Shown here in pieces: positions 19,440-27,700 of a DNA stretch of 64,000 nt (the first letter of the stretch is position 1; each line of letters opens with the position of its first letter). This stretch comes from a virus, in IMG/VR virus record IMGVR_UViG_3300045988_092720; one strand, given 5' to 3'. The position numbers were made by a program, and so were the translations under genes. The notes under the pieces were generated by a model, which was given only the letters and a program-made list of their open reading frames with translations, did not search any database and had not been told where the DNA came from.

Positions 19440-20270
19440 CTAAGTGTAACGTATTACGAAGTGTAATTCAATATTACGCTGAGTAATGTTATTCTTCTTT
19501 GTTTTATATACTAAGTTGTAGTAATGTTATTACGTTCTAAGTGGTAGCGTTATAAATACCTAAAATACTGATACTGTAGAACCGCTACGCTAGGTGAAAT
19601 ACTCACATCGTTAGTTGCTGTAGTTGTAGATAATACCAAGAAGGAATATCTTTGTTCGTATTTTCTTTTTCTTATGTGTATTACCAACTAATCAATATCT
19701 GAACGCTAGTGAAGATATTCTGCGAACGCACCAGTTATGAATACCAAGTAACTGTATCACTTATTGGTAGTAATGTTGAGCATCTACTCTATATCTGTTA
19801 CTACGCACTTCGTTTGTAACTACTTCGTAGTTGATTGTAGTATATATTAATTAGTGAATATCTACTGTATTCTCTACTCGATGATTGCCCCAGTTAGTGC
19901 CGAGGTATTGCCCCAATATACATGGGAGCGTATATACTTGTTTGGTATATAATCGAAACTTCATAGTTAATACTAAGGTAGCCCAGGTGTAGCTTTACCT
20001 ACCACTCAAAAGAGTTTGTTTCGACTGCCATCTACGACGGGACAAAATCTGGGAAAATTGCACGCCAAACAGCCCCTGTCTCACAGCCATATTACCGAGT
20101 TGCTAATTCGGTTCCGTTATTTTCAGTTGGTTTACGTTCTCAACACTATTCCGATATGATGTTTTATAAACATATTTAGTCAATACTCTGGATATACATG
20201 AGACTGCATGAACTTTCAAGGTTTGCCTATCTCCGTGCAATATGTATATTAGCAACCAGATATACTGAGT
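19440..20270 (-). other. ORF-free transcribed region of about 830 nt: a candidate non-coding RNA or an array of very small peptide genes.
   Basis: No ORF of 60 aa or more on either strand. Lies between three tandem strong promoters plus a small gene and a terminator. Internal short repeats (gtagtaatgtt, attacg). No convincing tRNA cloverleaf was found by eye. Confidence 0.3.
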
Positions 20271-20274
20271 TGTG

Positions 20275-20475
20275 TTATCTTACATAACACTTACGTTCAG
20301 ATGTTTTCCATACACTAGAAAATCTTTTGTATTTCTTACAAAACATTTGTGTACCATTCGTAGAATACGAACAATATTTACATCCTTTGCAATATTCTTT
20401 TTTCGGCTTTCTACGAGTGTGTTCAATACGACCACCCATTGAAACGCCATGTGTTCCTTTAGACCACTTTGCCAT
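20275..20475 (-). CDS. Small basic Cys-rich, zinc-ribbon-like protein (66 aa from MAKWSKGTHG).
   Basis: AGGAGA RBS. Cys pattern CKGCKYC...C...C. It is the first gene downstream of the triple promoter. Confidence 0.5.
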   Translation of the reverse strand: MAKWSKGTHGVSMGGRIEHTRRKPKKEYCKGCKYCSYSTNGTQMFCKKYKRFSSVWKTSERKCYVR

Positions 20476-20524
20476 AATTTTCTCCTTTCGGTAGAGCAAG
20501 TTCTGTGGCTCTACCACTACTCAC

Positions 20525-20553
20525 ATTGTAGCACCCTCACTGTCAGCTGTCAA
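20525..20553 (-). promoter_or_regulatory. Promoter P3: TTGACA, 17-nt spacer, TGCTACAAT (extended -10).
   Basis: Minus strand: ggtgTTGACAgctgacagtgagggtgcTACAATg. Confidence 0.6.
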
Positions 20554-20592
20554 CACCTTTGCTGACACCGCACCGTTGCTGGGTTTGTGAGG

Positions 20593-20622
20593 ATTGTAGC
20601 ACAGCCGAGGGCGAACCGTCAA
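20593..20622 (-). promoter_or_regulatory. Promoter P2: TTGACG, 18-nt spacer, TGCTACAAT.
   Basis: Minus strand: cTTGACGgttcgccctcggctgtgcTACAATc. Confidence 0.5.
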
Positions 20623-20668
20623 GCCCACCCCTGACCGCACCACGGAGGAGATAACATTGCCTATAGTT

Positions 20669-20697
20669 ATAGTAACATATAAAAATCAATTTGTCAA
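20669..20697 (-). promoter_or_regulatory. Promoter P1: TTGACA, 17-nt spacer, TACTAT.
   Basis: Minus strand: TTGACAaattgatttttatatgtTACTAT. Confidence 0.5.
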
Positions 20698-20701
20698 ATT
20701 T

Positions 20702-21325
20702 TTAATTGGTATACATTTTTATGAAGTTATAGCGTACATAATATACAGGTTCTTTGTCTGTAATATCATACTTAGCACCGTATACTAATTTGCCATTTTG
20801 TTTATCAATACCAACCTGACTATGAAACTTACCTGCACGGAATTCTTCTTGACCGTATACATTCAATTCATGACGTTCTGGTACTTTAATATCAAATTCA
20901 ACAGTAGATTTTTGGTCCAATACTACTTTACCATTTTCAAACTTTTGTGTTTCATTTTGCTGTAAATCAAATTTCTGCTTTTTACCATTTACTTTGACTA
21001 CAACAGCTGGCTTTTCAATACTAGCTTCTACGTCTGTATCTTCTTGTACATACGTTGGTACATTATTCACATATACCAATTCTTTCTGCTTTGGAACATA
21101 AGATACGGTAGTCTTAGTATTAAGAGTAGCCTTCTCGTTCATTATTTTAGGCTGTAAGGTGGGTGTAGATTGTTCCACGTGTGTTTGCCTATGGAGCATA
21201 TAAAACAGCCCACAGAACGCAAATAACGCAATTAAAATGATAATATAAATCTTAATCTTTACATTCTTCAGGGTGGTAATGATACCAGATAGCTTTTCCA
21301 CGAATAATAGCACCTCCGTCTCCAT
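20702..21325 (-). CDS. Membrane-anchored protein (N-terminal TM/signal-anchor), possibly lysis-associated.
   Basis: One strong N-terminal hydrophobic helix followed by a hydrophilic ~150-aa domain. Overlaps the 3' end of the amidase gene. Start uncertain. Confidence 0.45.
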   Translation of the reverse strand: METEVLLFVEKLSGIITTLKNVKIKIYIIILIALFAFCGLFYMLHRQTHVEQSTPTLQPKIMNEKATLNTKTTVSYVPKQKELVYVNNVPTYVQEDTDVEASIEKPAVVVKVNGKKQKFDLQQNETQKFENGKVVLDQKSTVEFDIKVPERHELNVYGQEEFRAGKFHSQVGIDKQNGKLVYGAKYDITDKEPVYYVRYNFIKMYTN

Positions 21326-21785
21326 CTTCTTGCGGTAATGCAATCAAATCCCAACGCATATCAGGGTCATCATCATAGATAGAATACCCGTCAATAATTG
21401 CCCAGTCATTGTGTGTTTTAAAATGTTCTTTATCAATTTCCCAACCTTTAGCATCAGCAATGGTTTTAACAATCATAGCCATTTTATTAACTTGTGCATC
21501 AGTTGGTGGAACAGTTCCCCATCTAACATTTCCTTCTGTATCTACGCTTGCATCTGCACAGCAAAGAATAGATACACCAATATTACCTGTATTACGATGC
21601 CATGTATGTTTACCAGTAGCATCAAAACTGTTAAAATCAGACCATACACGCCCATCACCTAAAATATTTAAGTGGTAGTAAGGGGAGGTATTTTCATACC
21701 CCCCACCACTCCAATGTAAGGTTACTTGGTCGGCATGGCAATTAGCTGCTAAATAAGCAATATCATTTAGAGTATAAAAAGCCAT
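21252..21785 (-). CDS. N-acetylmuramoyl-L-alanine amidase of the T7-lysozyme / Amidase_2 (PGRP) type; candidate endolysin.
   Basis: Collinear with T7 lysozyme blocks: VTLHWSGG, YYHLNILGDGRV, GKHTWHRNTGNIGVSI, VPPTDAQVNKMAMIVKTIADAKG, FKTHNDW. Confidence 0.7.
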   Translation of the reverse strand: MAFYTLNDIAYLAANCHADQVTLHWSGGGYENTSPYYHLNILGDGRVWSDFNSFDATGKHTWHRNTGNIGVSILCCADASVDTEGNVRWGTVPPTDAQVNKMAMIVKTIADAKGWEIDKEHFKTHNDWAIIDGYSIYDDDPDMRWDLIALPQEDGDGGAIIRGKAIWYHYHPEECKD

Positions 21786-24700
21786 TATTCCTCCTCAATA
21801 CCGTCATATAAACCATCAACAAATGTGTTATAAACATTAGCTTGTTCCTTGACCTTATCAGCCTCCACGGAAGATTTTTTAGGTAAGTATTTATTAGCCT
21901 TGTCAATCGCAGACATTTGTTTCAATTCTCTTGCATCTCTAAGCTGTTTGCCAGTTACACCAAAGTCTTTAATACGTTGTTTGTTTTCTGGAGATGGGTC
22001 ACGCAAGAAGTCATTAATAGCTTCTTTCTTCCCATCTTTAAGCTCTTGATTTGCCATAGTAAGTCTATAAGCTAAATCATTTTCTATAGACTCACGAACA
22101 GGTCTGAAACCTAACAATTTCATAAAACGCTCTTCAGATGTATATGCACCTTTATTTTCAGCATTTTTCCAGTCACGCATATTACCAGTGTATGCTTGAT
22201 AGAAGTTGCCAAGTTGTGGAGATAACGCATGACTTACGCCTGTTACTACATCTCGCCAATCATGACTATTCCTAGCCACATCGCCAAGAGCACCATACGT
22301 AGATAATGTAGGACCTAGTAATTCGCTACCACTACTAGGTGTTAAATCACCAAAGCCAACATTTCGGCTAAAGTCAACTCCAAACATAGATGGTGCACCC
22401 ATAATAGCCATCATCGCTATACGTTGTTTAGTTTGGTCTTTACCAGCCCAATCATACAACACATCTTTTGTTCTATCTGTTAAGCCTTTACCTGTTAGCC
22501 ATTTTAACATATCATCGCCAGCACTCATGAATGGTAACCCCATAAAGCCAGCCATACCCATTGTAATACCAATAAAGCGACTTAATCCTTTATAGTCAAT
22601 GGAGCCATCAGGACCTTTGAATGCTGTAAATAAGAACTCAGCTTCCTTAACACCGAACTTCTTAAATTGCAAGATAGTTTTACCTAGTGTACCAAACTTA
22701 GTAAATAACTGTGGAGAGTCAATATCTGTATAGTCAAAGTTTGTTTTAACTACGAAATCTTTGGCATATTCCATAGCCTTTTTATAAGCCTCTGGATTTT
22801 TAGTGTGTAAATCAGTAGTGTCTAAACCGTGTTTAGCAGCGTATTCTTCGTATGCGTGAATAGCAGCAACCTTACGAGTATAAGCATCGGCTTTCATAAA
22901 GCCTTTCATAGAAAGGTCAAATAATTTACCGAATTTAACTCCACCGATTGTAATTCTGCGATAATCTCCACTATCTAAGAATTCAGATGCTTGGCTTGCA
23001 CTTTCTTCATACACTTCTAAATCATCAAATAATTGACCATATTTACCGTTTTTGCCACTCTTACCAGCTTGTTGCATAGCGTATTTTAATTGTGGCGTAA
23101 AGCCTGTTAAAGCTGCTACGTTAGCTAAAGTACCAAACTGTGCGATAGCGGCAGTAGGTCTAAATACACCTAATTTGAATACAGCCATAGCTTGCATATT
23201 ACGGTTAAGAAGTGTTGTTACCCAATTATCACCCATATGTTTTGTCATATAGGCACCGATAAATGGAATTTCACGACCGATAGTATTTAATACCTTATCA
23301 GTATTATTTGGTGCACCTATTACACGTTGAATATAGTTATGGACAATATCTTGTCGTGCGTTTTTAGCACCTGTACCATTACGACCGTATTGTTTTTCAT
23401 AATTCTCACCATATACTTGTTCATAGTAACGTGTAGCAAAATCTAAGAATGGAGCATTGCCTTGATACTTCGCTTGTGTATTTGCATAATGGTAAATCGC
23501 TTTAATATGGTCTTCATTATGACCAAGCACGCCAGCACGTTTAAGATTATGCTTATTCCACATTTGAGCACCAGAACTACGGTATAAATATGCACTAACA
23601 TTATCGTGTGTTAATACGCCATCTTTATCTTTCTTTAAGAGCTTTTCAAAGTTAGCCATACCAGCTTCTTTTTGTAGTTTTTTATAATCTAAACCAAGCT
23701 CTTTCATACGTTCTTTGTTGTTAATTAGGTTTTGGAAATCATCATAAGTCATTGACTTATCTTTACCTTTTAGGAAGTGGTCAATGAATTTCTTAGTTTC
23801 TGTATAATTACCTTGTACACGATTGAATAATGCTGCGGCATCCTCATCAGACATACGCTCATATACCTTATGTAATTCAGCTTCTTCATCTGTTAAGTTC
23901 GAATAGTAACCATCATAAGATTTAGATGCATCTGCTTGATATCTTTCTCTACGAATAGTCATGTAACCAACACCTTTTTCAACAGGTCTTGAGTCTACAT
24001 ATTTATTCGCATCAGCTTCTGTATCAAAAGAAGTTAGTACCGTATACTGAGGGTAATATCTACCAGTTTCTGGGCTATACTTAACTTCCATTTTGTAAAC
24101 ACCATAACGCTTATGCTCACGTGGAATATAGCCCCATAAGTCAGCAGATGGGTCCTTACCTCGTGATACTTGGTTGTCATTTACGTCTTTATGGATTTGG
24201 TTAAGTACTTGGCGAATACCAACATATTTATCCCACAACCTTTCACTATAGCCTAAGTGTTTAGCATACGCTTTAGACATTTCCATTGCCACCTTGTTTG
24301 CATTAGCTTTATCTTTGTAGGAAGGGATATTTTCCTTACTAGAGATTACTTGGTATACATCCTTATTAACGCCAATATAAACATGATTACCTTTTTCTCT
24401 TTCAGCTTTTACAAACTTACGCATACGCTTATCGTCAGCTAAACCAAATTCCGTGAATGTATCTTCTGGTTTGATAATGGCGTATTTTAATTCACCGTTT
24501 AAATTAACTGCTACTGGTTGAGCAAATTCACGACCACGTTTATCTACTTCACCTAATAGCTCATTCATTTTTTTATCTTCACCATTTTTTACATCCAAAT
24601 CTGCAAACTGTTTATCAAGCAGTTGCACATATTCAGTTTTCTTGCGACGATATGTGCGAGCGGCTACATATGCCTCTTTAATGATTGGCTTTAATTCTGG

Positions 24701-27700
24701 GATTAATTTACGTGCCATAGATGATGGAGATTGTAACATTTTACGGAACCATGCAAAAGATATACCGTCTTCTGATGGATTGATACGCTCAATAATACCA
24801 CCGCCATTTTCCATAATGTCAGCAAGTAATTTTTGTTCAGCTTGGTCAATTCTGTCATTCTTTCTAATTGAATAATCAGTATCTTGCTTAATTTTTGCCA
24901 AAACTTTTGCGATAGGGGCTTCAGGTGTTGTAGTAGCACGATTACGTTGGTGTAATGTATCTAGTTTTTGTACACGTTTTCTATCCGCTAAAGCATCTTG
25001 GAAATGCTCTCTAATTTGTTGTTCACTAAAGATATTTGTATTACCATATGAGAACATTTCATTAATAAACGAATAATATTTTTGGTCTAGTTGTGGATTA
25101 TTACCAAGTTTTGGTACCACCATAGCAGCTAAGAATAATTTATCTTTAGTGTCCATAGGGCTATTGATAATAGCTTGTGGTACATCTAAAAAGTCATGTG
25201 CGTTTTGGTTAGCCTGAGCTAGACCCATAATTAATTTTAAGCTGTTTGTGTCGCTTTCTGGATTGTTGATGCTTTGAATAAATTGTCTAATTCTTGTTCG
25301 TTGTTGAGATTTTCCAGCGAGTGCATCAAGGTTTTTACGTCCAAATTTTCCTTGATGTGAAACTGTTCCATCTTCACTTTGATTAGAGCCATCTTTACGT
25401 ACAACTCCGAATGCTCTTTTAAGATTTTTAGAGGCACGTTGTATAACATCTTCAACAGACTGTGGGTCGTTTTCGCTGACAGATGCAAGTATTTTACCGT
25501 TGCCAACTGCTCTGTATATTTCGCCTGCAAGTCCTTCATCTTTTTCAAGCTCCTCTCTCATTAAGTCTAATGTATCATTTACTACATTTTTTAAGTCAGC
25601 TGTCTTAGTAAAGTCAGTTGCACTATGTAATAATTCATGTACAAATGTGTCATTTGTTGGTGTAATATTATCACTTGTGATATATAATCGACCAGTAGAT
25701 GGCATATATGCACCATTAAATTTCAACCCTAATGGGTCATTATTTACTAATCTATCAGCTACATAAATCTCTAAATTAGGATGTGTACGAATATAATTTA
25801 ATATAGTTACATACGCTTGTTGGTCGCCATTAACTACGTGCATAATAGATTTTAAGATATTACGCATTTCTCCATTTGTAAGTTTACCTAACCCTTTGGA
25901 ACGGTCTGCAACCTTTTTCATGATACCCATTTCAATTTCACTAGGTTCATGGAACTTAGCATTTTTGCTATTAGATACTTTCTTGTCGCCTGTTACAGAC
26001 ATTTGAATGTCATTAGTTGGCACAATTGTATATGTATCATCATTAATAATAACTTCATAGCCTAAACGAGAAGTAAGGTCTTTGTGAGATTTAAGGTAAT
26101 TTTTACCATTTTGGTCTAGTAAATCAGCATCAATAACAATGCCTTTGTTTTGACGAGCAACTTCCGCTAGTGCATGGAATGCATAGTCAGCAACTTCACT
26201 ACCGTTGTTAAATAACGCTGATGGTACATATTCCGCATTAACTATAATTTTACCATCTTTAATTTCACTATCAATAATATCATTCATGGTGATAACACCC
26301 ATATCATATAAGTAACCATCTAATACTTCTTTAAAGTCGTCAGGGTCAATAAATTCTGGCACTTTAATTTCTACTGGGAATTCTTCACCTAGTTTGATAT
26401 CCATTTTAATATCTGTGGTATAGATATCACCTTGATAGTTAGGAATAGATGCATGTAAAACTCCGTCTTTATAAGCACTCAATCGTAAAGCCGTAGACAC
26501 TTGATTTTTTGTCTTTTTGTCTTTTAATTTTTCTTCTGTGATTTTAGAGTTTTTGCTAATGCGGTCATCCATAACCTCTGTAACAACGTCTTTGATTTCA
26601 CTATATACACGTTTAGCTAATGGAGAATTAATATTATGTAGACGTGGTGCACCATTTGGGAATAGTTTCTTGGCACCTACTCTGCCAGCCATTGATTTAT
26701 ATTTGTTCTCATTACCAATAGCAGGATAAAGATGTACTGCACGATTGACTAATCTACCTAGCAAATGGTCGCCATTTGGATTGTCAAGTTCTTCCATCAA
26801 CTTATCCATGCCAATAGCTTTAACACGTGTCAAACCTTTTTGAAGTGCGTTAAGAATGATAAAATTACGCATTCTATCATATCGACTAGCTTGCGTAACA
26901 TCTGAAATATTATAATCTTTGTCGAACCATAAACGAATATTTTCATCAAAATGACTAGGGCTATTCAAGAAAGCATTCAATACAACTTGAGGTATTTTTA
27001 CTTCACCACGATTAACAGCTTCCATTAACTCACGTTGAGATGGGATTTTATAATCAGGTACATTATTGAGAATACCCTTCCAAGCTGGAGCATACATTGG
27101 TTCTTTACGCATTAATTGATTACGCTTAGCAATAATACCGTTGAGTATTTTACGGTATTCAGACTTGGAAATAAATGGATGACTATGTAAATATTGAATA
27201 GCATCGGCAATACTATTAATAATATCCATATGTTTTTCCATAACCGCTTGTTCATCTTTAATATTATCACTAATGTCGATATCACCAGTATCTTCGTTCG
27301 CTTGATGTTTCAAATATTCTCTGAATGCCTGTTTCTCTTTTTTACCTTTATCCGTTTCCATTTGCAAGTCATCAACCATTTTTAATGCATCGACTTCGTT
27401 GATTTGTCCGCCACTTTGGATTTGAGATTTTAATTCAGCTAATTTTTCAACGTCTCGCATTACAGCTTTTTGGTCGTCAGTGACCATGTCAACAGTTCTA
27501 GGACCCCTAGGTCTAGTTTGTTTTTTAGGTTTTGGTTGGGCTGGATTTAAGCCTAGTCGTTCTTCATATGGAGTAACAATAGGTTCTTCGCCTGTAGGAT
27601 TGTCATGTTCGATAGTTTCTGTGTGGTCTTTTTTAACTGGTCTTGCTTCCCATTTTTTATTTGGGTTTGGTACAATAACATTATACGGACCAATATTACC

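Noticed and set aside
19440-20270. tRNA genes in the ORF-free region.
   Set aside because: I searched by eye for a T-loop (GTTCRAnYC) with a flanking 5-bp stem and for acceptor/anticodon stems. Only partial matches were found (e.g. agtttcgatt), with no complete cloverleaf. The region is left as a candidate ncRNA only.
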